Shown here in pieces: positions 54,807 through 64,000 of a DNA stretch of 64,000 nt (positions within the stretch are counted from its first letter, which is position 1; every line of letters begins with the position of its first letter). Source of the stretch: a bacterium (GTDB lineage: Bacteria > Zhuqueibacterota > Zhuqueibacteria > Zhuqueibacterales > Zhuqueibacteraceae). A model generated the notes under the pieces. It searched no databases and was not told where the DNA came from. It was given only the letters and a program-made list of their open reading frames with translations. The stretch covers positions 17,456 through 81,455 of the forward strand of contig JBIOXB010000195.1 in the NCBI GenBank assembly GCA_044869275.1, in the 5' to 3' direction. Position numbers and translations under genes: made by a program.

Positions 54807-54998
54807 ATGAGAAAGGCGAGTTTTACACTGACGCTTGCCGCCTTGCTCGTGCTGCTTCTCAGCATTGCTTACACGATTTCAAACCCCGGCAGAGCCTGCG
54901 GAAGCATGGAACAAACCCCCGATAAGCCGGTCTGGAAGACCGGCGCCATGCCGGAGCGGCAAGCGCATGAAGGAACGGCAGCCACGGTGCCGCACTGA
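54807..54998 (+). CDS. Small membrane-anchored/exported hypothetical protein
   Basis: SD gaggt, hydrophobic N-terminus; first ORF after the KdpE-type box. Confidence 0.5.
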   Translation: MRKASFTLTLAALLVLLLSIAYTISNPGRACGSMEQTPDKPVWKTGAMPERQAHEGTAATVPH

Positions 54999-55022
54999 AA
55001 CTAAACTTAGAAAGGTCGGGTT

Positions 55023-56105
55023 ATGATACGTGTGATGTTTCTATTTCTGACAGTAATTTTCGTCACGCTGGCGCCGGCGCAAATAGAGACCACGCCGAAA
55101 GTGAGTTGGGGCGGTTTTGTCGATGGCTACTACGCCTTTGACTTCAACCGCCCGGAGAATTTTGATCGCGCCTTCACTACCCAACCCGCGCGGCACAACG
55201 AGTTCAATATCAATCTTGCCTTTGTGGAAGCCAAGCTCGAAAATGACCGCATGCGCGGCCGCGTTGCTCTGCAAGCCGGCACTTCGGTGCAATCCAATTA
55301 TGCTGCTGAGCCGAGCATTGGAGCCATCAGCGGTGACGATCTTGCGCGCCACATTCAAGAAGCCGTTGCGGGTGTGAAGCTGGCAGAAGGTTGGTGGGTG
55401 GATGGTGGAGTCTATTTTTCCCATCTCGGATTTGAGAGTTTCATTTCGCGCGACAACTGGACGTACACGCGCTCCCTGGCTAGCGATTATTCTCCTTACT
55501 ATCAATCCGGGGTGAAGTTGAGCGCGCAACTTTCACCGAAATTGTCCGCGCAGTTGCACGTGATGAATGGCTGGCAAATCATCTCTGAAACCAATAGCGG
55601 TAAAGCCCTCGGTTTGCAGCTTTCCTACAAACCCTCGCCGGCGGTTTCACTCACGTATAATAATTTCATCGGCAACGAGGCCAGCGACGATGCGCCAAGT
55701 CAAAGGCGTTTTTTCAACGATGTGATTGCGCATTTCACCGTCTCTGGATCGCTGCAAGTGGCAGCGATCCTCGACTATGGCACGCAGAAAAAAGCCTCAG
55801 GTGGAACCGCAGATTGGTACGTCGCGACATTATTGGGCCGTTGGCAGCTCAGCGAAAAAGTGGCAGCCATTGGCCGCATCGAATACTTCAATGATGACGA
55901 ACAAGTGATTATCGCCACTGGCAGCCCGAATGGATTTCAAACCGCCAGCGCATCATTCGGCATCGACTTCAAACCCGCTGCTCAAGTCACATGGCGGACG
56001 GAAATTCGTGGGTTTTCTTCAGATGACGCAGTTTTTCCGAAACGCAACAGCGGCAACGTCCAGGATGATGGTTTTATTGTGACTTCGCTTGGCCTTTCAC
56101 TGTGA
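55023..56105 (+). CDS. Outer-membrane beta-barrel porin (BBP2/DUF1597-like)
   Basis: GFVDGYY.FDFNRP, HNEFNINLA, G.ESFISRDNWTYTRSL, PYYQSG, NGW. Confidence 0.85.
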   Translation: MIRVMFLFLTVIFVTLAPAQIETTPKVSWGGFVDGYYAFDFNRPENFDRAFTTQPARHNEFNINLAFVEAKLENDRMRGRVALQAGTSVQSNYAAEPSIGAISGDDLARHIQEAVAGVKLAEGWWVDGGVYFSHLGFESFISRDNWTYTRSLASDYSPYYQSGVKLSAQLSPKLSAQLHVMNGWQIISETNSGKALGLQLSYKPSPAVSLTYNNFIGNEASDDAPSQRRFFNDVIAHFTVSGSLQVAAILDYGTQKKASGGTADWYVATLLGRWQLSEKVAAIGRIEYFNDDEQVIIATGSPNGFQTASASFGIDFKPAAQVTWRTEIRGFSSDDAVFPKRNSGNVQDDGFIVTSLGLSL

Positions 56106-56127
56106 ATGGTGATAGGCTTCTTTCACT

Positions 56128-56251
56128 CTCGTTCCCATCCTCACGGTTCGGGATGGGAATAGCGGTTGGACGTTCTGCGTCGAATTGGGCATTCCAATAA
56201 AAAGGATGCTCAGCCTCCAGAAATGCGTTCCAACGGAGACCGTTGGAACGA
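56128..56251. mobile_element. REP/MITE-like double-hairpin element
   Basis: ttcccatcc/ggatgggaa and cgttccaacgg/ccgttggaacg hairpins; element ends tcgttcc ... ggaacga. Confidence 0.65.
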
Positions 56252-56291
56252 ACTACGAAAAAAAATGACAAACTACTGTAAGGTGAAAATC

Positions 56292-56378
56292 ATGGATTTC
56301 CTATACCTCGGCTGCGTCTTGCTGTTTTTCGCTCTTTCTTGGGGGTTGGTGGTCTTTTGCGAACGATTGCAAAAGTAA
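56292..56378 (+). CDS. 28-aa hydrophobic peptide upstream of kdpF
   Basis: SD aaggtg, MDFLYLGCVLLFFALSWGLVVFCERLQK. Confidence 0.7.
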   Translation: MDFLYLGCVLLFFALSWGLVVFCERLQK

Positions 56379-56388
56379 GGAGACAATC

Positions 56389-56481
56389 ATGAACTGGCTT
56401 TATCTCATCAGCGGCATCATTGCTCTGGCGTTGCTCGTTTACTTATTCGTCGCACTCTTGAAACCGGAGAAGTTTTCATGA
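56389..56481 (+). CDS. kdpF: K+-transporting ATPase subunit F
   Basis: Manual translation [32 protein letters not shown] aaggag; ATGA overlap with kdpA. Confidence 0.92.
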   Translation: MNWLYLISGIIALALLVYLFVALLKPEKFS

Positions 56482-58220
56482 CGCTCAACGGCTATTTGCA
56501 AATCGCGTTCTACTTGGTCGTGCTGATCGGCCTGGCCAAGCCCTTGGGCTTGTACATGGCTCGCGTCTACGAGGGAAAATCCCTGGGGTTGGATCGCGTT
56601 CTCGGCCCGATCGAACGGTTGCTGTACCGGCTGTGCGGCGTGCGCAGTGACGAAGAGATGGACTGGAAAAAGTACGCGCTCGCCATGTTGCTGTTCAATT
56701 TCGCCGGCTTGATCATGGTCTATGTGCTGCAACGCTTGCAGGCCTGGCTGCCGCTAAATCCGCAGGGCTTTGGCGCCGTCACGCCCGATTCTTCTTTCAA
56801 CACCGCCATCAGTTTTGCCAGCAATACCAACTGGCAAGGTTACGGCGGCGAGACCACGATGAGCTACATGACACAAATGCTCGCCCTGACGGTGCAAAAC
56901 TTTGTATCGGCAGCGGCCGGCATGGCCACGCTCGCAGCACTAATTCGTGGCTTGGCGCGACGCACGGCAGAAACCATCGGCAACTTTTGGATCGATCTCG
57001 TGCGCTCCACGCTTTATATTTTGTCGCCGCTCGCTCTCGTGTTGGCGCTGATCCAGGTCTCGCAGGGCGTGATCCAAAATTTTAGCGCATATCAGGGCGT
57101 GCCGCTGCTCCAATCAACTGTTGATGGCAACGGCAATGCCGTCACCGAGCAATTGCTGCCCATGGGCCCCGCCGCTTCGCAGGTGGCGGTGAAGCAGTTG
57201 GGCACCAATGGCGGTGGTTTCTTCAACGTCAACTCAGCGCATCCGTTCGAAAATCCCACGCCGCTCTCCAATTTCTTCGAGATGCTGGCCATTCTACTGA
57301 TTCCGGTGGGCTTATGTTACACCTTCGGCAAGATGGTCGGTGACACGCGCCAGGGTTGGGCCGTGCTGGCGGCGATGACGGTAATTTTTGTCGCGCTACT
57401 CGCGTTATGCGTGTGGGCGGAAAAGGCAGGCAACCCGGCCTTCACAAAAATGGGCATTGATCAAAATGCCAGCGCGTTGCAGGCCGGCGGCAACATGGAA
57501 GGCAAGGAAGTGCGCTTTGGCATTGCGAATTCGGCGCTGTGGGCCACCGCAACCACTGCTGCTTCGAATGGCTCGGTCAACTCGATGCACGATTCTTATA
57601 CGCCACTCGGCGGTTTAGTACCGATGTGGCTCATGCAGCTCGGTGAAGTTGTTTACGGCGGGGTGGGCTCAGGTTTGTATGGCATGTTGATTTTCGCCAT
57701 CATCGCTGTATTCGTCGCCGGATTGATGGTCGGCCGCACGCCGGAATATTTGGGCAAAAAAATCGAAGCGTATGAGATGAAGATGGCCTCGCTGGTCATT
57801 CTCATTCCCCCGCTCGTCGTGCTGGTCTTCACGGCGCTCGCCGTGGTCACCGATGCCGGCAAGGCCACAATCTACAATCCCGGCGTGCACGGCTTCAGCG
57901 AAGTGCTCTACGCGTTTTCATCACAGGGTAATAACAACGGCAGCGCCTTCGCCGGATTGGGCGCGAACAATCCGTTTTACAATTTCACCGGTGGCCTGGC
58001 CATGCTGTTCGCGCGTTACTGGCTGGCGATTCCGACTCTGGCCATCGCCGGTTCCCTGGCGCGCAAGAAGCTGGTGCCCATCGGTCCCGGCACGCTTCCC
58101 ACGCACACCCCTTTGTTCGTGGTGCTGCTGATCAGTGTCGTCATCATCGTTGGCGCGCTGACTTTCATCCCGGCATTGGCGCTGGGCCCGATTGTGGAGC
58201 ATTTGATGCAAAGCGCATAG
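56478..58220 (+). CDS. kdpA: K+-transporting ATPase subunit A
   Basis: [54 protein letters not shown]. Confidence 0.98.
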   Translation: MTLNGYLQIAFYLVVLIGLAKPLGLYMARVYEGKSLGLDRVLGPIERLLYRLCGVRSDEEMDWKKYALAMLLFNFAGLIMVYVLQRLQAWLPLNPQGFGAVTPDSSFNTAISFASNTNWQGYGGETTMSYMTQMLALTVQNFVSAAAGMATLAALIRGLARRTAETIGNFWIDLVRSTLYILSPLALVLALIQVSQGVIQNFSAYQGVPLLQSTVDGNGNAVTEQLLPMGPAASQVAVKQLGTNGGGFFNVNSAHPFENPTPLSNFFEMLAILLIPVGLCYTFGKMVGDTRQGWAVLAAMTVIFVALLALCVWAEKAGNPAFTKMGIDQNASALQAGGNMEGKEVRFGIANSALWATATTAASNGSVNSMHDSYTPLGGLVPMWLMQLGEVVYGGVGSGLYGMLIFAIIAVFVAGLMVGRTPEYLGKKIEAYEMKMASLVILIPPLVVLVFTALAVVTDAGKATIYNPGVHGFSEVLYAFSSQGNNNGSAFAGLGANNPFYNFTGGLAMLFARYWLAIPTLAIAGSLARKKLVPIGPGTLPTHTPLFVVLLISVVIIVGALTFIPALALGPIVEHLMQSA

Positions 58221-58360
58221 CGCAGAGGGCGTAGCGCTAAGGGCGAATTGAAAAAGCAAGGCTCGGCGAGTAGTAAGCAAGAAGCGGAAAACTTGTATTT
58301 CACGCTTTGCGCCATGCGCTTGGCGCTATGCCCTCTGCGCCACGCCCTCCGCCCTCTGCC
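58208..58360. repeat. Inverted degenerate 7-bp tandem arrays between kdpA and kdpB
   Basis: gcaaagc gcatagc gcagagg gcgtagc gctaagg ... gcgccat gcgcttg gcgctat gccctct gcgccac gccctcc gccctct. Confidence 0.75.
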
Positions 58361-58381
58361 AAACCTAAAGGAACATTGACT

Positions 58382-60454
58382 ATGCCTGACAAACCCAAAT
58401 CCCGCCCGCTGTTCGATCCGCGCATCACACGGCAGGCGATCGTTGATTCGTTTCGCAAACTCGATCCCCGTCTGCAAATTCGCAATCCGGTGATGTTCGT
58501 GGTTCTCATCGGCAGTGTGCTCACCACGGTGTTGTTCGTACAAGCATTTCTGGGCCAGGGAGAGGCTCCCGCTAGTTTTATCCTCGCGGTATCGCTCTGG
58601 CTCTGGTTTACCGTGCTCTTTGCGAATTTCGCCGAAGCCATGGCCGAAGGACGCGGCAAGGCGCAGGCGGACACTTTGCGCCGCGCGCGCCGTGATCTGC
58701 CGGCGAAAAAATTAGCCCGCCCGGAGCGAGCAGCCGGTTATCAAACGGTCTCCGCCAACATGTTGCGCAAGGACGACTTGGTGCTGGTCGAAGCCGGCGA
58801 TTTCATTCCCGGTGACGGTGAGGTGATCGAAGGTGTCGCTTCTGTGGATGAAAGTGCCATCACCGGTGAAAGCGCGCCGGTGATTCGCGAAAGCGGGGGT
58901 GACCGCAATGCTGTCACCGGCGGCACGCGCGTGCTCTCGGATTGGCTGGTGGTTCGCATCACCGCCAACCCCGGAGAAGCCTTTCTCGATCGCATGATCG
59001 CGATGGTGGAAGGCAGCAAACGGCAAAAGACGCCCAATGAGATTGCATTGAACATTTTGCTGGCGGCGCTGACCATCATTTTCTTGCTGGCCACGGTCAC
59101 GCTGCTGCCGTTTTCTTTGTACAGCGTCGCCACTTCCGGACAAGGTGCGCCAATCACGGTGACAGTGCTGGTGGCATTGCTGGTTTGTTTGATTCCCACG
59201 ACAATCGGCGGCTTGCTCTCAGCCATCGGCATTGCCGGCATGGATCGCATGATTCAAGCCAACGTCATTGCCATGTCCGGCCGCGCGGTGGAAGCCGCCG
59301 GCGACGTCGATGTCTTGCTGCTCGACAAGACCGGCACGATCACGCTGGGCAATCGGCAAGCCACTGCTTTTTTGCCTGCCAAAGGCGTGAGCGAGGAACA
59401 ACTCGCCGACGTGGCCCAGCTTTCCTCCTTGTCGGACGAGACGCCGGAAGGACGCAGCATAGTGGTGCTGGCCAAAGAAAAGTATCGCTTGCGCGAGCGC
59501 GACATTCACGGCCTGGGCGCCACCTTCGTGCCTTTTACGGCACAAACGCGCATGAGCGGCGTGAACATGAACGGCCGCCGCATTCGCAAAGGGGCGGCAG
59601 AAGCGATTGAGGCATACGTGAAAAGTTTCGGCGGGCACTTTCCCGCCGAGGTGCACGCCCACGTGGAAGCGATTTCCAAAGAAGGTGGTACGCCGCTGGT
59701 CGTGGCCGAAGAGGCCAAAGTGCTCGGCGTGATTCATCTCAAAGACATTGTCAAGCGCGGGATCAAAGAGCGTTTTGCCGAATTGCGGCGCATGGGCATC
59801 AAGACCGTGATGATCACCGGCGATAATCCGCTCACCGCCGCGAGTATTGCCGCCGAAGCAGGCGTGGATGATTTTCTCGCGCAGGCCACGCCCGAAGCCA
59901 AGCTGAAACTGATTCGCGGGCATCAAGCCGGCGGCAAATTGGTCGCCATGACCGGCGACGGCACCAATGATGCCCCCGCGCTCGCGCAAGCCGACGTGGC
60001 GGTGGCGATGAACACCGGTACGCAGGCTGCCAAGGAAGCCGGCAACATGGTCGACCTGGATTCGAACCCGACCAAGCTCATCGAAATCGTGGAGATCGGT
60101 AAACAACTGTTGATGACGCGCGGCGCATTGACGACCTTCAGTATCGCCAACGACGTGGCGAAATATTTTGCCATCATCCCGGCGGCATTTGTAACCACTT
60201 ATCCGGCATTGCAAGCGCTCAACATTATGAGATTGACGACGCCACAAAGCGCCATTCTCTCCGCGGTTATTTTCAATGCCCTGGTTATCATCGCGCTCAT
60301 TCCGCTGGCGCTGCGCGGGGTGCGCTATCGCCCGGTCGGCGCAGCCACCGTCCTGCGCGACAATTTGGTGATCTACGGCATAGGCGGATTGATCGTGCCG
60401 TTTATCGGGATCAAGTTGATTGATGTGATTTTGGCGGCGTTGGGATGGGCGTGA
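58382..60454 (+). CDS. kdpB: K+-transporting ATPase subunit B (P-type ATPase)
   Basis: [33 protein letters not shown] 58382 after the repeat element. Confidence 0.98.
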   Translation: MPDKPKSRPLFDPRITRQAIVDSFRKLDPRLQIRNPVMFVVLIGSVLTTVLFVQAFLGQGEAPASFILAVSLWLWFTVLFANFAEAMAEGRGKAQADTLRRARRDLPAKKLARPERAAGYQTVSANMLRKDDLVLVEAGDFIPGDGEVIEGVASVDESAITGESAPVIRESGGDRNAVTGGTRVLSDWLVVRITANPGEAFLDRMIAMVEGSKRQKTPNEIALNILLAALTIIFLLATVTLLPFSLYSVATSGQGAPITVTVLVALLVCLIPTTIGGLLSAIGIAGMDRMIQANVIAMSGRAVEAAGDVDVLLLDKTGTITLGNRQATAFLPAKGVSEEQLADVAQLSSLSDETPEGRSIVVLAKEKYRLRERDIHGLGATFVPFTAQTRMSGVNMNGRRIRKGAAEAIEAYVKSFGGHFPAEVHAHVEAISKEGGTPLVVAEEAKVLGVIHLKDIVKRGIKERFAELRRMGIKTVMITGDNPLTAASIAAEAGVDDFLAQATPEAKLKLIRGHQAGGKLVAMTGDGTNDAPALAQADVAVAMNTGTQAAKEAGNMVDLDSNPTKLIEIVEIGKQLLMTRGALTTFSIANDVAKYFAIIPAAFVTTYPALQALNIMRLTTPQSAILSAVIFNALVIIALIPLALRGVRYRPVGAATVLRDNLVIYGIGGLIVPFIGIKLIDVILAALGWA

Positions 60455-60461
60455 GTGGGGT

Positions 60462-60573
60462 GAGAATCGAGGATAGTTGATCGTAGATCGTGGATGGTGG
60501 GTCGTGCGACGCTTTGCAATCTACGATTCACTATCTACTACCTACGATCTACTATCCACGATCCACGATCTAC
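60462..60573. repeat. Inverted degenerate 7-bp tandem arrays between kdpB and kdpC
   Basis: gagaatc gaggata gttgatc gtagatc gtggatg gtgggtc ... aatctac gattcac tatctac tacctac gatctac tatccac gatccac gatctac. Confidence 0.85.
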
Positions 60574-60623
60574 TTTCGTTGTGAAAACCACGGAATTTCA
60601 GTACAACGATAAAGGATAACAAC

Positions 60624-61205
60624 ATGCGTGCCTTACTCAAACCGGCTTTGTTGCTTTTGTTTTTTTTGACGCTGCTCACCGGCGTAGCCTACCCGTTGCT
60701 GGTTACGGCGATCGCGCAGATCGTTTTTCCGGCGCAGGCGAATGGCAGTTTGATACGGGCAGACGGCAAGCTCGTGGGCTCGGCACTCATTGGGCAGCCT
60801 TTTGACGATCCGAAATATTTTTGGAGCCGCTTGTCTGGAACCGGCCCTTCTCAGTATAACGCTGCCGCTTCCTCCGGTTCTAACTATGGCCCCCTGAACG
60901 AAACGCTGCTGAAAACCGTTGCCAGCCGGGTTCAAGCTCTGCGCCAGGCGGATTCGACCAACACGCAGCCGATTCCAGTTGATTTGGTCACAGCTTCGGG
61001 CAGCGGCCTTGATCCGCACATCAGTCCGGCCGCGGCTTTTTATCAGGTAGCGCGAGTTGCGCGTGTGCGCCATTTGGAGGAATCCAGGGTGCGCCGGCTC
61101 GTCGAAGAGAATATCGAAGGCCGTCAACTTGGTTTCCTGGGTGAACCGCGGGTCAATGTGTTGCGATTGAATCTGGCGTTGGAGGCGCTGTCACAAACTA
61201 ACTGA
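60624..61205 (+). CDS. kdpC: K+-transporting ATPase subunit C
   Basis: [45 protein letters not shown]. Confidence 0.97.
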   Translation: MRALLKPALLLLFFLTLLTGVAYPLLVTAIAQIVFPAQANGSLIRADGKLVGSALIGQPFDDPKYFWSRLSGTGPSQYNAAASSGSNYGPLNETLLKTVASRVQALRQADSTNTQPIPVDLVTASGSGLDPHISPAAAFYQVARVARVRHLEESRVRRLVEENIEGRQLGFLGEPRVNVLRLNLALEALSQTN

Positions 61206-61212
61206 CAAGAGG

Positions 61213-62655
61213 ATGATTGCAGGGAAAGGATGGTACATTTTTATGACTCGATCTACCTCAATGCGGTTTTATGAAGTGATGAAAAATTCGCGTCTTCGGA
61301 TTGGCCTTTTCGTCATCGGTTTGTCCGTTATCCCGCTCATGGTCACGCAGGCCGCTTTCGCAGCAGTTGGCTTGCCAAGCGATTCTGCGGCAATCCAAAC
61401 TTCCACCCCCCAGAAAGCTGAGCCGTTTGCGTTCGGCGACTTCACATGGCTGCAAGGGAATAGCCGTCTTCATACGCAGGTGCTCCATTCCAAGTACTTC
61501 ACCGGCGACGTGACGATGGACATAAACTACAATTTCAACTTCAACCATCCGAATGACCACACGAATTCTGGGTCGACAGCGACGTTTCGCACCGATGAAT
61601 TCAGTCTCTCATACATTGAACTCGGAGGTGACTTCCATGATCCTGAAAGTGGTGCACGTGCAAGGCTGATGTTGCAGTTCGGCGCCCGTGCAACAGGTAT
61701 TCCACGCAATGACAATACGCCTTTGCGCGGACAGTTCGACTTGTATACCGCCTATCGCTTTGTGACGGAAGGATATGTGGGAATGCATTTTAATAAAATG
61801 CACGGCATTAACGTCGACGTCGGCATTTTCAAATCCTATGTTGGCCTTTTGAGTTACAACAACTTCGAAAACTGGAACTATCAACCTTCCTTTACTTCGG
61901 ACAACACCCCATGGTTCTTTACGGGAATCCGAATACAGACATTTCCAACGGATCGGCTCAAGCTTGAATACTGGATTATCAATGGCTGGCAAACATACGC
62001 GATGTTCAATGAACAGCCCGGCATCGGTTTTCAAATGATCTATCGTCCGAAGGAAAGTATATCAATTCTCGCCAGCGCGTATGGCGGATGGGACACTCCT
62101 AATAAACCAGGACGTTTTCGATTTCACAGTGACAATAGTCTGCTTATTCGGTACCGCCATAAACCCGGCAGTTCCATTCCGAAGGCTGCATTCTCCCTTA
62201 CCGGCGATATTGGTTTCGAGAATGGTGGAGGTGTAGTCGCTTTTGGTGGCGACTCGACAAAACCTGCACAGAATTTCCTGAGCTGGATGTTCTATAACCG
62301 TCTCTGGCTCGGTAAACAAGAGCATTTTGCCTGGACATTTGGCGGAGGTATGCTGCATAATCCAGGGCGCTATTTGGCCCTACTTCCTACCGGTAGTGGA
62401 GTTCTGACGCAAAACCCGGGGGATAAATTTGACTCTTGGGACTTCTCCACAGGCATGCAGTACATGCCGAACGAGCAAGTCACATGGGGTCTTGAATACG
62501 TTTATCGCCACGCCTCTGTCCCCTACTTCGCCGGACCCGGTGGACTCACTTCACCAAACGGGTGGAATCCACCAATTGGCGACCCGACTGGCTTTGTCGC
62601 CGATCTTGTGAATGATGAAGATCGGATCATCGCTTCGTTCATGGTCCGTTTCTGA
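61213..62655 (+). CDS. Outer-membrane beta-barrel porin (BBP2-like) downstream of kdpC
   Basis: PFAFGDFTWL.GN, GIF.SYVGL.SY.NFENW.YQPS..SDNTPWFF, NGWQ, terminal Phe. Start uncertain. Confidence 0.8.
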   Translation: MIAGKGWYIFMTRSTSMRFYEVMKNSRLRIGLFVIGLSVIPLMVTQAAFAAVGLPSDSAAIQTSTPQKAEPFAFGDFTWLQGNSRLHTQVLHSKYFTGDVTMDINYNFNFNHPNDHTNSGSTATFRTDEFSLSYIELGGDFHDPESGARARLMLQFGARATGIPRNDNTPLRGQFDLYTAYRFVTEGYVGMHFNKMHGINVDVGIFKSYVGLLSYNNFENWNYQPSFTSDNTPWFFTGIRIQTFPTDRLKLEYWIINGWQTYAMFNEQPGIGFQMIYRPKESISILASAYGGWDTPNKPGRFRFHSDNSLLIRYRHKPGSSIPKAAFSLTGDIGFENGGGVVAFGGDSTKPAQNFLSWMFYNRLWLGKQEHFAWTFGGGMLHNPGRYLALLPTGSGVLTQNPGDKFDSWDFSTGMQYMPNEQVTWGLEYVYRHASVPYFAGPGGLTSPNGWNPPIGDPTGFVADLVNDEDRIIASFMVRF

Positions 62656-62681
62656 GAGACACGCATCGCAATTACACGCTC

Positions 62682-63203
62682 ATGTACACCCTCGGCGGAT
62701 TGATGATCAGCGTCGATGACGACATGCGCCCCTTCGCGTACATGGAAGAGAGCGTTGAGACACTGGCGGAGAACGAAGTATGTCGCGGCAAGCTCTTCAA
62801 GGCCGGCGAGAACGGTTACGTGCGGAAGTCATTCGACCTCGTCGCCGCGTTCCTCGACGAACTCAGCGTCTCGTTCGACTACGACGGGGCGGTCAGCCCG
62901 GAAGACGCTCACGAAATACTGGACAAGATCGAAACCCTCCATGCGCGCGTCGAACGAGCCGCAACGGAAGCCTCCTCGGCGGAGCGCGCGTCAGCGCTTC
63001 GGGTGTTCGCGGCAAATCTCAAGAAATGGTTCTACGGTTTCGAACCCGATTTTTTTCAACAGAATCTGCTCCGCATTGTTGACGACGTGCTCACGGTCAT
63101 CAAGGGCTCCATGGAGCTTTGGCCCACGCTGGTGGAGATCGCTTTCTTCGAGAAGGCGCGCCGAGGCTTGCCCGAGCTGCGCGTGGCGAACCAGCGGCGT
63201 TGA
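62682..63203 (+). CDS. Hypothetical acidic helical protein
   Basis: 173-aa ORF with strong C/G third-position bias; no motif recognised. Confidence 0.5.
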   Translation: MYTLGGLMISVDDDMRPFAYMEESVETLAENEVCRGKLFKAGENGYVRKSFDLVAAFLDELSVSFDYDGAVSPEDAHEILDKIETLHARVERAATEASSAERASALRVFAANLKKWFYGFEPDFFQQNLLRIVDDVLTVIKGSMELWPTLVEIAFFEKARRGLPELRVANQRR

Positions 63204-63215
63204 GGAGGGATCTGC

Positions 63216-63387
63216 ATGCGCATCGCTCAAGTCGCCCTCTCTCGGAGAGTGTGACTCCAAGCACGGCCTCCTGAATCGCGCCGACCTCGTCCCCTTTTTC
63301 GACACGTCTCTCCAAATCGCTATCGTCTCAATCTCCGATGCACAACGCGCTCCGATTGGCTGCGCTACTTGGAGCTGTTCCCATTCT
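63216..63387 (+). pseudogene. Glycosyltransferase family 4 remnant (frameshifted, internally deleted)
   Basis: SD gaggagg, then MRIAQVA-(shift)-LSESVTP, then HGLLNRADLVPFF...VSISDAQRAPI...W, resembling GT4 'MRIAQVAPL.ESVPP' and 'HG.L..PDL...VSISDAQR.P'. Confidence 0.65.
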
Positions 63388-63538
63388 GTGCGCTTTAAGT
63401 TTGCCACACAAAGAGCTTTAGTTTTTAGTTTGACTGAAAATTGGGATCGAGACGTCAGTCGCGGGTGGCATCCGAAGATTTGTTGATGAATTCGAACAAA
63501 CGGCAAATGCGTAATTGCATGTCGAGGCAACTCGTTTG

Positions 63539-63868
63539 ATGGCGATCATCAAGTCAATACTAATCTTTATCCTTGCAGGTTTTTTTGAAATCGGGGGTGG
63601 ATATCTTGTGTGGCTATGGCTTAAAGAAGGCAAGCCTGTCTGGTATGGTCTCCTCGGAGGGCTGATTCTCACCGCCTACGGAATCGTTGCTACACTACAA
63701 CCAGCAAACTTTGAGAGAGTGTATGCGACCTATGGCGGGGTGTTTATTGTCATGTCCCTTTTATGGGGATGGAAGGTTGACCACTTCACACCGGATCGCT
63801 ATGACATGATCGGTGCAATCCTCGCCCTGATTGGCATCTTCATTATGTTCTACACCCCCAGAAACTGA
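63539..63868 (+). CDS. ynfA: YnfA (UPF0060) SMR-like membrane protein
   Basis: FILAG.FEIGGGYLVWLW, FERVYATYGGVFI, PDRYD. Confidence 0.92.
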   Translation: MAIIKSILIFILAGFFEIGGGYLVWLWLKEGKPVWYGLLGGLILTAYGIVATLQPANFERVYATYGGVFIVMSLLWGWKVDHFTPDRYDMIGAILALIGIFIMFYTPRN

Positions 63869-64000
63869 ATTTTCCTGATATTCCACAAAATACTTTTGAC
63901 AACGTAAATCAAATCACTGCTGTCCGGTTGAACTAATTTCGTGAATGTGTATGAGCGAAAAACGCCGGTTTTAGCCCTGGACGAACCGGATTTGCAAATC

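Noticed and set aside
54700..56290. c-di-AMP (ydaO) riboswitch upstream of kdp
   Set aside because: I could not find its conserved motifs; the hairpins at 56128-56251 fit a REP/MITE-like element. An Rfam scan would be decisive.
58307..58381. KdpB N-terminal extension ([12 protein letters not shown]...)
   Set aside because: Translation of the 7-mer repeat arm; ATG 58382 is the more plausible start.
62716..63486. 256-aa ORF as a real gene
   Set aside because: Its first part is an alternative frame of 62682-63203; only a short stretch near 63260-63387 is GT4-like.

Overview
A gene-dense, moderately GC-rich bacterial window. Proteins with C-terminal 'YPNP...FlgD-Ig' sorting domains, a PorV-like barrel and many low-complexity intergenic hairpins suggest an FCB-group organism such as candidate division KSB1 (inference only). 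Ordinary genes include pdxJ, pfkA, aat, an MntR/DtxR regulator, a Rhizobium-type asparaginase, a two-component pair, pxpB-pxpC-MFS-pxpA and kdpFABC, the last flanked by two porins and preceded by a KdpE-type box. I saw no rRNA, tRNA, CRISPR array, transposase or prophage. Highlights: (1) a tightly packed four-gene cluster at 39318-46955 (FadL-like outer-membrane barrel; TPR-Ig-TM-STAND-type ATPase; a paralogous ATPase fused to a Ser/Thr kinase; an FHA-GAF class III cyclase with a non-canonical specificity residue) that reads like a trans-envelope signalling cascade; (2) a minimal paaA/B/C/split-D diiron epoxidase cluster interrupted by a subtilase and a free-standing copy of that subtilase's own prodomain; (3) a four-repeat operator shared by the two-component operon and its probable target; (4) a varied set of periodic hairpins and MITE/REP-like elements, some of them inside coding sequence; (5) two decayed genes (a truncated PorT-like barrel and a GT4 remnant). 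All calls come from reading motifs by eye; no database searches were run.
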